64,000 bases of DNA from a virus (taxonomy: Duplodnaviria > Caudoviricetes). Positions 18,997 through 28,660 of the stretch are shown one piece after another; the first letter of the stretch is position 1; each line of letters begins with the position of its first letter. The position numbers were made by a program, and so were the translations under genes. Where the stretch lies: positions 64,001-128,000 of IMG/VR virus record IMGVR_UViG_3300037249_001405; one strand, 5' to 3'. The notes under the pieces are model-generated. The model saw only the letters and a list, made by a program, of their open reading frames with translations, was not told the DNA's origin and did no database searches.

Positions 18997-21903
18997 ATGG
19001 AAAAAGACAACGACGCAGCAGCAATGGACTTTTTGAAAGATCTTACTAAATTTTTCTCAAAAATTGGTCCCGGTTCTAAACTTTCAGCTGAGGAAAGAGA
19101 GGCTGAGTTTCAGAATTTTGCGAAAGATCAAATGTCTTCATGGTCTGAAGAGCAGAGAGAGAATTTTAGAGGTAGGCTCAAGAAGAAATTCTTATCCGAG
19201 GAGTTCAGTGAGAACTTAACTGATAATTCATCTAGAGTAATTAAAAGACTGAATGCTTTAGGTGATAGTTTTATAAGTGTTCCATCGCTTATTTATGATA
19301 TATTCAAAAATGCTGGTGGGTCACTTTTAGATGCTTCTCCTATATTGGCTCAGGCAATATCTACAAAGTCTCAGCAAGATTTCGAGGAGTTCTATAAGAA
19401 ACTCAATGATTTAACAGCGAAACAATCTGATCTTTATGATAGCTTGGATCCTGCTAATAAACTTTATATGCTATTTACATCTATTTCGTTTATTCAAGAT
19501 TCGATTAGTGATGTAATTAGGGCATCCTTGTCTACCCTTAACACTAAATTTCAACCAAATGGTGATGCTGAAATGACTGCCGCATTATCTTCAATGGTTA
19601 GTGCATTGGGTAATCATAAGTTTACTACAGAAGATCTTTTGCTTGCGGTTATCAATAAAATAGTTCATTCAGTTGCGAATAAAACTGTTAATATAGCTAT
19701 TGACGTTGATTTGATCAAGGCTCTTCATGACTTTGGATTGACAGATAAAGTCATTCTAGAGGCCTGGAGAAGGGATTTCTTTAATAGAATTTCAGAAGAG
19801 GCTAAAGAATACATACCAGAAAATATGCCTCAACCACCTTCATTCGAAAGAATTACAGAGAAGGAGTTTGTAGAAGCTGGTAATGATGGATCCAGAAAAG
19901 TGGTTAACAAAAAGAAAGTTGACGTTAATCCGTCTGGTGAAAAGAAATCTGCTACGCCATATTTGGATAGATTTGGCGTTGATCTTTGTGAAAAAGCTCG
20001 AAAGGGTGAGGTAGATCCACTTATTGGTCGTACTGAAGAGATTAACGACATGTTCAGGATACTTTGCAACAGAAAGAAAAAATCCGTTGCATTAGTAGGT
20101 AAGGCAGGTTGTGGTAAAACTTCTTTAGTGGAGGAACTAGCAAGACTTATTGTAAGCGGTAAAGTTCCAGATAAGCTAAAGAATGTCAGGTTAGTTTCTA
20201 TTCCTATCTTCAGTATAAAAGCTGGGGCAAGTCTTCGTGGTGAACTTGAGGGTAGGTTAGAAGGAATTATAAAGGAAGTTCTATCTTCAGGACAGAAGAT
20301 AATCCTTTATATGGATGAGATGCATCAATTTGGTTCTGGTGTTGATGGTAATACTATATCAGATGTACTAAAGCCGTATCTCGCTAATGGTTCTATTACC
20401 TTAATTGGTTCTACAACTGATTCAGAGTTTAGAAGATATATTGAGAATGATAGAGCTATGGTAAGAAGATTTAGCAAGATCATTATAGAGGAACCATCAA
20501 TTGATGAAACTATTGAGATTCTCAAGAAATCTATGGATAATTATTCAACTTACCATAAAGTTCAATATCCAGAGGATGTAATTGAATTTGCTGTTAAAAC
20601 AAGTTCAAGATATCTTCATGATAATGCTAATCCTGATCTTTCTTTGAATATTCTTGATAGGGCAGGTTCAGCTTGCGAGCTTTCACATAAGACTGCTCAT
20701 AACAAAGTTAAAAAGCAGATTAAAGCTTATGAGAAAGAATTAAAGGATCTAACTGGAAAAAGAACTACTTTAGTTTTTGAATCAGCTAATGATCCTAATA
20801 AGCTTGTTGAGATTAATGCAATCCAACCAAGAATAGAAGAATTGGAAAAGGATATAGCTAACCTCAAAAATCCACAGAAGGCTGATAGAACAACATGGCC
20901 TGCTGTTACGATTAAAGACGTAGCCACTGTTATATCAGATGCAGCTAATGTTCCAATTGATATTATACTTGAGCCTGAAATCGATAAGTTGGCAAAACTT
21001 AAAGAGGTAATAGGTAAGGTAGTAATAGGACAAGATCAGGCTGTCGATACAATGGCAAGAGCTTTGTGTAGGTCTTACCTCGGACTTAGAAATCCGAAAA
21101 GACCAGTAGCTTCTTTCATGTTTATCGGACCTACTGGTGTTGGTAAAACTGAATTGGCTAAGAAAACAGCTGAAATTGTTTTCGGAACTGAGGAAGCATT
21201 CTTGAGAATTGATGGTGGTGAGTATAGCCAACCTCATACAGACACAAAGCTTCTTGGTGCTCCCCCTTCATTCGTTGGTTTTGGTACAACTCCACCTGTG
21301 TTTGAGAAGATTAGAAAAAGACCATATACTTTGGTGTTGGTAGATGAGGTGGAAAAAATTCATCCTGATATCGTGAACAAAGTATTCTTGTCTATCCTTG
21401 ATGAAGGTACTGTTACTATGTCTGATCAAACAGTTATCGATATGAGAAACTGTGTCATTGTATTTACAGGTAACATTGGATCTACTTCAGCTAATAAAGT
21501 TTCATTCAACCTCAACCAGAATGAAGAGGAAAAAGCTGAGGCTGTTAAAAAGGGTTACATGAGTGCAATGAAAGCATATTTCAGACCAGAATTTTTGGGT
21601 AGGCTTACTGAGGTTGTTTGCTTTAATCAGCTCAACTCAGAGCAAATGCATTCTATTCTCGAACTTGAAATTGAGAAGTTTAAGGATAGAACTGGAAAGT
21701 CTTTGACTTTGACAGATGCTTTAAAGGATTATCTTATATCTAAAGTAGACTTTAAACTCGGGGCTAGAAATCTTGGTGTCGTAATTCAAAAGGAGATCGA
21801 AGATAAAATAGCTGACGCTATTCTTGATAATAAGAAGCTCTATAAGAAAACAGCTATAGAGGCTGATTACAAGGATGGTAATGTAAAACTAAATTTCAAA
21901 TAG
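18997..21903 (+). CDS. Clp/Hsp100 AAA+ ATPase (ClpB/ClpC-like) with atypical N-domain
   Basis: DPLIGR, GKAGCGKT, LYMDEMH, RRF, GQDQA, GPTGVGKT, LLGAPPSFVG, DEVEK, RPEFLGR, GARNL. Confidence 0.95.
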   Translation: MEKDNDAAAMDFLKDLTKFFSKIGPGSKLSAEEREAEFQNFAKDQMSSWSEEQRENFRGRLKKKFLSEEFSENLTDNSSRVIKRLNALGDSFISVPSLIYDIFKNAGGSLLDASPILAQAISTKSQQDFEEFYKKLNDLTAKQSDLYDSLDPANKLYMLFTSISFIQDSISDVIRASLSTLNTKFQPNGDAEMTAALSSMVSALGNHKFTTEDLLLAVINKIVHSVANKTVNIAIDVDLIKALHDFGLTDKVILEAWRRDFFNRISEEAKEYIPENMPQPPSFERITEKEFVEAGNDGSRKVVNKKKVDVNPSGEKKSATPYLDRFGVDLCEKARKGEVDPLIGRTEEINDMFRILCNRKKKSVALVGKAGCGKTSLVEELARLIVSGKVPDKLKNVRLVSIPIFSIKAGASLRGELEGRLEGIIKEVLSSGQKIILYMDEMHQFGSGVDGNTISDVLKPYLANGSITLIGSTTDSEFRRYIENDRAMVRRFSKIIIEEPSIDETIEILKKSMDNYSTYHKVQYPEDVIEFAVKTSSRYLHDNANPDLSLNILDRAGSACELSHKTAHNKVKKQIKAYEKELKDLTGKRTTLVFESANDPNKLVEINAIQPRIEELEKDIANLKNPQKADRTTWPAVTIKDVATVISDAANVPIDIILEPEIDKLAKLKEVIGKVVIGQDQAVDTMARALCRSYLGLRNPKRPVASFMFIGPTGVGKTELAKKTAEIVFGTEEAFLRIDGGEYSQPHTDTKLLGAPPSFVGFGTTPPVFEKIRKRPYTLVLVDEVEKIHPDIVNKVFLSILDEGTVTMSDQTVIDMRNCVIVFTGNIGSTSANKVSFNLNQNEEEKAEAVKKGYMSAMKAYFRPEFLGRLTEVVCFNQLNSEQMHSILELEIEKFKDRTGKSLTLTDALKDYLISKVDFKLGARNLGVVIQKEIEDKIADAILDNKKLYKKTAIEADYKDGNVKLNFK

Positions 21904-21964
21904 AATATTACTAATTATTGAAAGTGGGGGCTATTGCCTCTACTTTCATTTTTATTATTATAAA

Positions 21965-22879
21965 ATGGAAAAGACTTATAAACAATCTGTTGTATTCCAT
22001 AATTATCCCTATGGAATGTACATTAAGCTTTACCGGGGAGGATTTGATAGAAAAAATAAAAAGGGAATGGATCCCTGTTATAGAAGTTCGACCCCTGTAA
22101 ATGATATAGTTATTGGCAGAACCCTCGACGACCACTATCCAATAAAGCGAGGAATAATACTCTCATCAATGAATAAATATGATAACTCTATCACTAAAGA
22201 ATGGTTTATTAGGGTTGGAAAATTTTTCTTTGGAGAAGATTTTGAAGAAAAAATGGCTGATATCAAAGAGGATGAGTTTATTGCGGTTGATGGAGAATGG
22301 ATGCTGGTTTTTTCTCACTGCAATGATTTAGTATTGTACAGAAAAGAAGATGATAACTTTATACCTAAAAAGGTAACTAAAGAATGTACGGAATATTCTA
22401 AATTTTACAAAACTTGGAATAATATGTATGGGTTCCATTGCCGTAAAAATGAAAAAGGGAAATACACTGTAAAAGGTTATGATTTTGGCAAAGTAGATTT
22501 TGTATTAACTTCTCCTCCTTCACACTATAGAGATTTCTTACCTGAGTACGGTAAGACTGTTGAAATGAAGAGTATGTCTGAACCTTGGGAAGATTATGTC
22601 GATAGGTTATATGAACTTCCACCAATAGATCTTGGAAAATCTTGGGATTATACCGAGGAAGAGAAGTCCAAGTTTAAGGAGGAAGCAGATAAGATTATTC
22701 ACAAAAGAAAAGAGGAAGATAAAAAGTTGGAGGAGAGAAAACATACACCAGGATACTGTGAATTGTGTGGAGAACCTGCTGACTATGTAATTGACCCTTA
22801 TGACGCTGATATCTATAATATTACTGTATATAGATGGTTATGTCCAGATTGTCTGAGATCTATTGCCGGTGATATTTAA
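21965..22879 (+). CDS. Hypothetical protein with C-terminal CxxC...CxxC zinc finger
   Basis: CELC...CPDC at C-terminus. Confidence 0.75.
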   Translation: MEKTYKQSVVFHNYPYGMYIKLYRGGFDRKNKKGMDPCYRSSTPVNDIVIGRTLDDHYPIKRGIILSSMNKYDNSITKEWFIRVGKFFFGEDFEEKMADIKEDEFIAVDGEWMLVFSHCNDLVLYRKEDDNFIPKKVTKECTEYSKFYKTWNNMYGFHCRKNEKGKYTVKGYDFGKVDFVLTSPPSHYRDFLPEYGKTVEMKSMSEPWEDYVDRLYELPPIDLGKSWDYTEEEKSKFKEEADKIIHKRKEEDKKLEERKHTPGYCELCGEPADYVIDPYDADIYNITVYRWLCPDCLRSIAGDI

Positions 22880-22980
22880 GAGAAAAAAAAGAAATACATA
22901 CATTTCATTTAAGATTTGTATGTATTTCTTTTCTATTTTAATTCTCTAAAACGTAAAAATAGGGCATCTAGAAAGCACCC

Positions 22981-22997
22981 AAATTCTAATAGATGAA
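22981..22997 (+). promoter_or_regulatory. Phage promoter motif upstream of tRNA cluster
   Basis: AAATTCTAATAGATGAA matches recurrent AAAWYCTWA-N4-TGA motif. Confidence 0.65.
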
Positions 22998-23020
22998 CAT
23001 AAAAAAACGTAATTTAAAAT

Positions 23021-23101
23021 GCGGGTGTGACGGAATTGGTAGACGTAGCACGTTTAGAGCGTGCCGCCAAAAGCGTGGGGGTTCGAGTCCCTTCACCCGT
23101 A
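23021..23101 (+). tRNA. trnL: tRNA-Leu(TAG)
   Basis: Cloverleaf, anticodon arm GCACG-TTTAGAG-CGTGC, long variable arm. Confidence 0.95.
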
Positions 23102-23226
23102 CGATGAGCCGACGGTATTCCGGCCAGGATGTTATCGAATAAGTCAAATTTCCCTTGATACCAGGGTGACATATTGGAAAGACAATAAAAAGCTGGGATG
23201 GCGGAACTGGTCGACGCGGCGGACTT

Positions 23227-23979
23227 AGTTCAACTCCGTTTTACAATTTTTTGGAACATAATTCTTTACTGTGATATTAATTTAAAAAGAAATCACATGA
23301 AAAAGAAGAATTATACTGACGAAGAATTTGTGGAAGCGGTACAAAAATCCAAATCATATTCTGGTGTTTGTAAATTTATAGGTCTATCTCCTAAAGGAGG
23401 TAACTTAAGAACTGTAAAGAACAAAATTCAGATAATGGGTTTGGATACAAGTCATTTTACTTTTGGTAGGTGGAATAAAGGATTAACAAGTGAGGATCAT
23501 AGCTCAATAAAGAAAAAACCTTTAAACGAGATTTTTAAAGAGAATTCTGGATGGAGTTCTCATAATATTAGATTGAAGCTATTCAGAGAGAAACTAAAAG
23601 AAGAGAAGTGTGAACAATGCGGTAGAACCGAATGGAATGGAGAAAAGATTCCACTAGAGTTACACCATATAAATGGTATTCATACTGATAATCAATTAAG
23701 TAATCTCAAAATCCTTTGTCCGAATTGCCATGCTCTTCTTGGATTTGACACCAAGTTTGGTAAATATAAAGTAAAAGAACGAGGTTTGAGTGCACCTGTG
23801 GTAACACAGGATGTAGAAGTGGGCTAATTCGGTGAAGGTGACGGCCTTTAAACGTCAATAACGCCGAGCTAAGTCGATGTATTTTATACATCGTAAATGT
23901 GTAGAGACTATACACCCACCACCCTACTTCTTTCAAGAAGGGGTGAAGACATAGTCCAAGCGGAAAAGATTTCCGTATG
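23227..23979 (+). mobile_element. Group I intron (IC3-like) in tRNA-Leu(UAA) anticodon
   Basis: Exon ends in U, intron ends in G; IGS TTTGAG; P3 GTGGG/CCCAC, P4 TTCGGTG/CGCCGAG, P7 GACTA/TAGTC in GTAGAGACTA and GAAGACATAGTCC. Confidence 0.92.
23297..23827 (+). CDS. Intron-encoded HNH homing endonuclease
   Basis: CEQCG...LELHHING...DNQLSNLKILCPNCH; true start MKKKNY at 23297. Confidence 0.92.
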   Translation: MKKKNYTDEEFVEAVQKSKSYSGVCKFIGLSPKGGNLRTVKNKIQIMGLDTSHFTFGRWNKGLTSEDHSSIKKKPLNEIFKENSGWSSHNIRLKLFREKLKEEKCEQCGRTEWNGEKIPLELHHINGIHTDNQLSNLKILCPNCHALLGFDTKFGKYKVKERGLSAPVVTQDVEVG

Positions 23980-24048
23980 AAAATCCGCTGGGCAGTAATG
24001 CCCTTGGGGGTTCGAATCCCCCTCCCAGTACCCAGGTGCGAATACTAA

Positions 24049-24222
24049 GATGACTCCCAGACGTTTGGGTCATCGGATGAGTCGGCAGAGATATGGCGCC
24101 GTATCTCGACTCTTATGGGCAACCCCCCGACTGTACCACATGCCGAGTAGGTACATCGCTACTATTTGCTTTAGTCTGGAAGTGGGTAGTAGTTCCTAGC
24201 GGGAAAAGATAAAATAGCTAGG
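24049..24222 (+). ncRNA. Putative structured RNA in tRNA spacer
   Basis: GC-rich tandem hairpins GATGAC/GTCATC, GAGTCG/CGACTC, TGTACC/GGTACA, CCTAGC/GCTAGG; no ORF. Confidence 0.5.
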
Positions 24223-24235
24223 ATTTTTTTTTAAC

Positions 24236-24309
24236 GGTGCGTTAGTTCAGCTGGCTAGAATGCCTGCCTGTCACGCAGGAGGTCACGGGTTCGATCCCCG
24301 TACGTACCG
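24236..24309 (+). tRNA. trnD: tRNA-Asp(GTC)
   Basis: CCTGC-CTGTCAC-GCAGG anticodon arm. Confidence 0.95.
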
Positions 24310-24316
24310 CTATTTT

Positions 24317-24390
24317 GGGGACATAACTCAGTGGTCCAGAGTGCCTCCCTTACAAGGAGGAAGTCGGTGGTTCGACTCCACCTGTCCCCA
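24317..24390 (+). tRNA. trnV: tRNA-Val(TAC)
   Basis: CCTCC-CTTACAA-GGAGG. Confidence 0.95.
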
Positions 24391-24408
24391 CAAAATTCTC
24401 TCTCACCT

Positions 24409-24541
24409 AGGTGGTTGGCGTAATCGGTAGCCGCGCGGGGCCAACATCTCTCTGAGATCTGAACTCTGTGCCCTCGTCCTCCTTTCAGGCGACTGAATTT
24501 AGGGTAAGTAGGGCGTACAGGTTCGAATCCTGAACTGCCTA
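24409..24541 (+). ncRNA. tRNA-like RNA with expanded anticodon and variable arms
   Basis: Acceptor AGGTGGT/ACTGCCT, D arm, T arm CAGG-TTCGAAT-CCTG, ~80-nt structured middle without 7-nt anticodon loop. Confidence 0.7.
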
Positions 24542-24677
24542 GCGGAGAATTTTTTTTAAGAAATAAGAATAACTAATCAAATACGATTAGTTATTTTTTT
24601 TTTATTTCTTTCAAGTATTTCAGGAGTTCCCTTGAAATTCTAAATAATGATTAATAATAATTAAAAATAATATTAAT

Positions 24678-24872
24678 ATGGACGAATTTGTAATAGTAAC
24701 ATGGTCTGATAACATTCAGTTCTTCCTGGAACAGGAAGGTTTTAAAGAAAATGCCTATCTAATTAATGATGAGAAAGGTCTCGATGACTTTGGTTCAAGT
24801 GCTTACTTTGTAAGAAAAAGTTGGTATTTAGAAAACGAACCAAAACTATTAAAGGCACCAGAAGGATTGTAA
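24678..24872 (+). CDS. Small hypothetical protein
   Basis: 64 aa after promoter motif at ~24635. Confidence 0.7.
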   Translation: MDEFVIVTWSDNIQFFLEQEGFKENAYLINDEKGLDDFGSSAYFVRKSWYLENEPKLLKAPEGL

Positions 24873-24888
24873 AATAATAAACAAGAAA

Positions 24889-25419
24889 ATGACAGTATTA
24901 ACTAGTTTATATCACGTATCCTTGTATATTCTTAATCACAGTCCATACGGCAAAAATGAGCCAATGGAATTAGGATTGTTTTCAAGAATATTATTCGATG
25001 CTAATGCATCACAGATATACTCATATGCTTCTGTAATCATCAAAGATTACTGGGAAATTAATGAAGAGAAGGATATGATATTTCCTAAATCTTTTGAAAA
25101 GATGATCTCTTCCGATAAGTATAAAATATGGATAGAAGGGGATAAAATCCGTACCGATCAGGATGCCAACCTAGATTATTTATCAGAAATAACTAAAGAA
25201 ACTCTTGATAATCATCTAAGACTTCCTGCTGGATGTAGTTGGACTATCGAAACTTGGTATAGAGTTAAAATGAGTCCATCTTTTAAAAATTCTAATATAT
25301 TTGAGGATAAAAAGAAAATAACCCCTCCAAATATTTTGGAGTATGTTTATAATAATGTTAAATCTTGCGTAGAGGAACAGTTTTTCCTCGACCAATCATG
25401 TGGTAATTATTATAATTAA
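24889..25419 (+). CDS. Hypothetical protein
   Basis: 176-aa ORF. Confidence 0.75.
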   Translation: MTVLTSLYHVSLYILNHSPYGKNEPMELGLFSRILFDANASQIYSYASVIIKDYWEINEEKDMIFPKSFEKMISSDKYKIWIEGDKIRTDQDANLDYLSEITKETLDNHLRLPAGCSWTIETWYRVKMSPSFKNSNIFEDKKKITPPNILEYVYNNVKSCVEEQFFLDQSCGNYYN

Positions 25420-25433
25420 TAATACAAATAAAA

Positions 25434-25835
25434 ATGACACAGGAAGAAAAGGAATTACTCTTAAAAGACCTTTGTGCAAGATTGCCTTATGGGGTTATAC
25501 TTGACATTGATACGACAGATTGGAAAGCACCACAAGGTCATATAAAAGTAAAAATTGAAGGTGTTGGCATACTATACAGTGATCTGTCTCTAACTGTTAA
25601 TGGCTCCTATTATGGCAACAAATATAAGCCGTATCTTCGTTCAATGGCGAGTATGACCGAAGAAGAGTACAAAGAATATATGAGTATAGATAATAGAGCT
25701 TATTCTTGTCCGATAGATTATGCACATATTCCTGCTCAAGAGAGAATAGATTGGCTCAATGCTCATCACTTCGATTTTAGGGGTCTCATTGAGAGGAACT
25801 TGGCCTTAGAAGCACCAGAAGGTATGTACAATTAA
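25434..25835 (+). CDS. Conserved Bacteroidales-phage-type hypothetical protein
   Basis: LLLKDLCARLPYGV...KPYLRSM...DWLNAHHFDFRGLIE..LALEAPEGMY. Confidence 0.8.
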   Translation: MTQEEKELLLKDLCARLPYGVILDIDTTDWKAPQGHIKVKIEGVGILYSDLSLTVNGSYYGNKYKPYLRSMASMTEEEYKEYMSIDNRAYSCPIDYAHIPAQERIDWLNAHHFDFRGLIERNLALEAPEGMYN

Positions 25836-25847
25836 AAACTAAATAAT

Positions 25848-26231
25848 ATGGAAATTACTGAAGATTACGTAAGTTTTGAAATAGCAAAACTTCTTAAAGA
25901 AAAAGGATTTGATATAAGATGTAATACGTACTACATATCAGATAATGAGATTGCAGCATTACCTATTACAAGAGATTTTAATAATCACGGTATTTACTTA
26001 TCCGCTCCAACTCTTCAAATGGTAATGAAGTGGTTGAGGGAAGTTCATGGATTATTTATATCCATTGATAATGATGACCTTGGCTATAATTGGCAAATAA
26101 TGAATGTCGATATTAGGTCAGATAACGGTGATCCTACTTATCTGACAGATTCCTATGCTGGTTATAAATCTTATGAAGATACTGTAGAAGCAGCACTTAA
26201 ATATTCTCTTTCAGAAAAAATTAATCTATGA
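25848..26231 (+). CDS. Conserved Bacteroidales-phage-type hypothetical protein
   Basis: [17 protein letters not shown]...[16 protein letters not shown]. Confidence 0.8.
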   Translation: MEITEDYVSFEIAKLLKEKGFDIRCNTYYISDNEIAALPITRDFNNHGIYLSAPTLQMVMKWLREVHGLFISIDNDDLGYNWQIMNVDIRSDNGDPTYLTDSYAGYKSYEDTVEAALKYSLSEKINL

Positions 26232-26584
26232 ACTACAAAGAATTAATAGAGTTAATTGATAATCAACATTTCACTGATTGCGGTGAAGCTAAAGATTACA
26301 TACTTAGTAATAAATATGCTGAACCGTATTCACCAAAATTTAATCCTTTCGGAAGTTATTACTTTACATTTGATGGGGTTAACTTGGTATTGTTAAAAGA
26401 ATCTGGTCAGGTTAAACTAGCTAAAGTAATTGCCTTGAGTGAGATCAAGAAGTTACGTGAGGTTACTGGGCGTGGAATGATGGACTGTAAAAAAGCATTA
26501 GTTAAATCGGATGGAGATTTCGACGAAGCCATCAAAATTCTTGAAACGATACCTAAAATACTCATATATAGAGTGAATGAATAG
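26228..26584 (+). CDS. Protein with EF-Ts N-terminal (UBA-like) domain
   Basis: [33 protein letters not shown] matches the EF-Ts N-domain signature. Confidence 0.85.
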   Translation: MNYKELIELIDNQHFTDCGEAKDYILSNKYAEPYSPKFNPFGSYYFTFDGVNLVLLKESGQVKLAKVIALSEIKKLREVTGRGMMDCKKALVKSDGDFDEAIKILETIPKILIYRVNE

Positions 26585-26683
26585 GAAGAATAAAATAATT
26601 AACTAGTAATATATTAAATTTACTGGTTAATTATTTTTTTTTTCTTACAAAAATCTTGATAATAGATTAAAATGTAGATAATT

Positions 26684-27595
26684 ATGATATTATATAGAAC
26701 AAAAAATTATGGAGTAGCGGATAGCGTTCGAAAGGCAAAGGGTGAATATTTAGATAAACTCTTTAAGGAAGCAAAGGAGAGGATAAAAGATACTGAATTA
26801 GCAAAAAAGAGATTAAGGGATAAAGAGGAATGGAAGAAGTGTTTAAATAATGAACGAAGAGATATTGATAAACACTACAAATCGGTTATTGATGATTCTT
26901 TAGAAGGTTTAGACTTTAGTGTGGTAAAGCGTAATATAGAAAAAGAGTCACATCAACCTTCAGATGAAGTAATATCAAGGATTTATGACAAGTATAAAAA
27001 TAAAGCTGATAATTTAGGTATTGATATCGTTATTGATTCGAACTTTAAGAGTTCTGGTAGGTATGATCCAGAACTAAAACAAATTATTCTAAAGAATCCA
27101 AAATCACTCACACTCATTCACGAATTAGAGCATGCGATTCAAGATAGAAATGAGAAAAAGTTTAGATATCTTCCAGGATTTGGTACTGGAATTGCTAAAA
27201 AAGATTACATGAGGCTTTATAATGGCAGGGAAAATGTTCATAAATATATCAAGTCTGTAGCATCAGAAGATGGAGCTATTATTGCGAAAACTAAAAAACT
27301 TTATTTAGAACCAGATGTCCCAGTTGATTATGTATTTGCTCAACACAACACTCCTTATATGCAACACATGAGAGCCCCGTTAGGTGATACAAACTTAATG
27401 AAGAATTATGCTGATATTTACTACAAGAACTGGATTGATCCTGAATTATATGGCAAAATAAAAGAGAATGCTAAAAAGATAGGTATTGATCTAGAAAAGA
27501 AGAGTAAAGTAGATAGAACACCAGGAACACCAGATGTAATAGAGAGAGTAAAAGAGTGGAATCTTGAAAAATTTGGTCATTCAAATATAAATTAG
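26684..27595 (+). CDS. HExxH metallopeptidase-like protein with MILYRTKNYG leader
   Basis: SGRYDPELKQIIL...TLIHELEHAIQD. Confidence 0.75.
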   Translation: MILYRTKNYGVADSVRKAKGEYLDKLFKEAKERIKDTELAKKRLRDKEEWKKCLNNERRDIDKHYKSVIDDSLEGLDFSVVKRNIEKESHQPSDEVISRIYDKYKNKADNLGIDIVIDSNFKSSGRYDPELKQIILKNPKSLTLIHELEHAIQDRNEKKFRYLPGFGTGIAKKDYMRLYNGRENVHKYIKSVASEDGAIIAKTKKLYLEPDVPVDYVFAQHNTPYMQHMRAPLGDTNLMKNYADIYYKNWIDPELYGKIKENAKKIGIDLEKKSKVDRTPGTPDVIERVKEWNLEKFGHSNIN

Positions 27596-27658
27596 GAAGA
27601 AATTTCCCCTCAAAATTCTTAGTATTGATTAAGAGGTTGTCGAATCGTAAGTCGACAC

Positions 27659-27731
27659 ACAGGAGTAGTTCAGTTGGTAGAACGCTAGTCTCCAAAACTA
27701 GTGGTCGGTGGTTCGAGTCCATCTTCCTGTG
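27659..27731 (+). tRNA. trnW: tRNA-Trp(CCA)
   Basis: CTAGT-CTCCAAA-ACTAG. Confidence 0.95.
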
Positions 27732-27898
27732 CTTTTTGATGATGGATATGTTCCGTTTGATAAAAAGATGCTAGGGTTGGGTTTTTGGGTGAGTCTTTCC
27801 CTCTTCGATGACATAGATCTAGAACGTTGATAAAATTGAAAGACAAACCAGACTGCAGAGACGAGTTCTGTTGGCGCTCAGGAAAGTACTGGGGAAAT

Positions 27899-27972
27899 GC
27901 GGGAGTAGCTCAATTGGCTAGAGTATCTGCCTTCCAAGCAGAGGGTTGCGGGTTCGAAACCCGTCTCCCGCT
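27899..27972 (+). tRNA. trnG: tRNA-Gly(TCC)
   Basis: TCTGC-CTTCCAA-GCAGA. Confidence 0.95.
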
Positions 27973-28022
27973 CTTTTTTACTATTAATTATTAATTATTA
28001 ACTATTAATTTAAAAACACATT

Positions 28023-28274
28023 ATGACATCAGCTATAGCTTTCATTATGGGGATTTTCCTCATATGGTATGTAACAGACTCGATGAAAGAGACTAAGAAT
28101 CTCTATGAGATTCTTCTTTCGACAGAAAAGAATGAAGAGGTAAAGAGCCAACTAAAGGATCTTTATGAGAAATCAAAGAGAACTAATAAGAAGTATTTGA
28201 TTATTTTCGCTATTCTTCTTGCTATTTCTGTTGCTGTTTCCGTTACTGATTTAATTGCAATAATCAGCAAATAA
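28023..28274 (+). CDS. Small two-TM membrane protein
   Basis: Hydrophobic N- and C-terminal helices. Confidence 0.75.
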   Translation: MTSAIAFIMGIFLIWYVTDSMKETKNLYEILLSTEKNEEVKSQLKDLYEKSKRTNKKYLIIFAILLAISVAVSVTDLIAIISK

Positions 28275-28333
28275 TGTTATATGGTGGGTGGGGAAACCTG
28301 CTCACCATTTTTATTTCATCAAATTAATTAATT

Positions 28334-28660
28334 ATGAACTATAAAGAGAATGATGAGAAAAGACGATATTATGAAGATTTGCTAAGAAAGCGTATTGATA
28401 TCGTTCAAAGAAGAAAGATTGGGCTTATGGATCTTGTTGACCGACTTCAAAAAGAGGCTGGAATAACGAGAGGAGATGCTCTTGTACATGAAGTTTATAA
28501 AGGAACAGATAAAATTTGGGATAAATTATCTGAAAAATCCTTAGAAAAGTTCCTTCAATATCAAGAAGCTTTAATAGATCTCGAAAATGAGACTAATAAA
28601 CTCAACAAATTAAACGAAATATTAAATAATCTTCTTGAAGAAAGAAATACAAATGACTAA
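28334..28660 (+). CDS. Hypothetical coiled-coil protein
   Basis: 108-aa ORF. Confidence 0.75.
   Translation: MNYKENDEKRRYYEDLLRKRIDIVQRRKIGLMDLVDRLQKEAGITRGDALVHEVYKGTDKIWDKLSEKSLEKFLQYQEALIDLENETNKLNKLNEILNNLLEERNTND

Larger units (their letters stand above)
23192..24030 (+). tRNA. trnL: tRNA-Leu(TAA), intron-split (exons 23192-23226, 23980-24030)
   Basis: Joined exons give GCGGA-CTTAAAA-TCCGC anticodon arm and GCTGGGA/TCCCAGT acceptor. Confidence 0.93.

Noticed and set aside
23198-23296. N-terminal extension of the HNH ORF in the ORF track
   Set aside because: It overlaps the tRNA-Leu 5' exon; the ATG at 23297 is the plausible start
26228-26584. Full EF-Ts (tsf) gene
   Set aside because: Only the ~40-aa N-terminal domain is present
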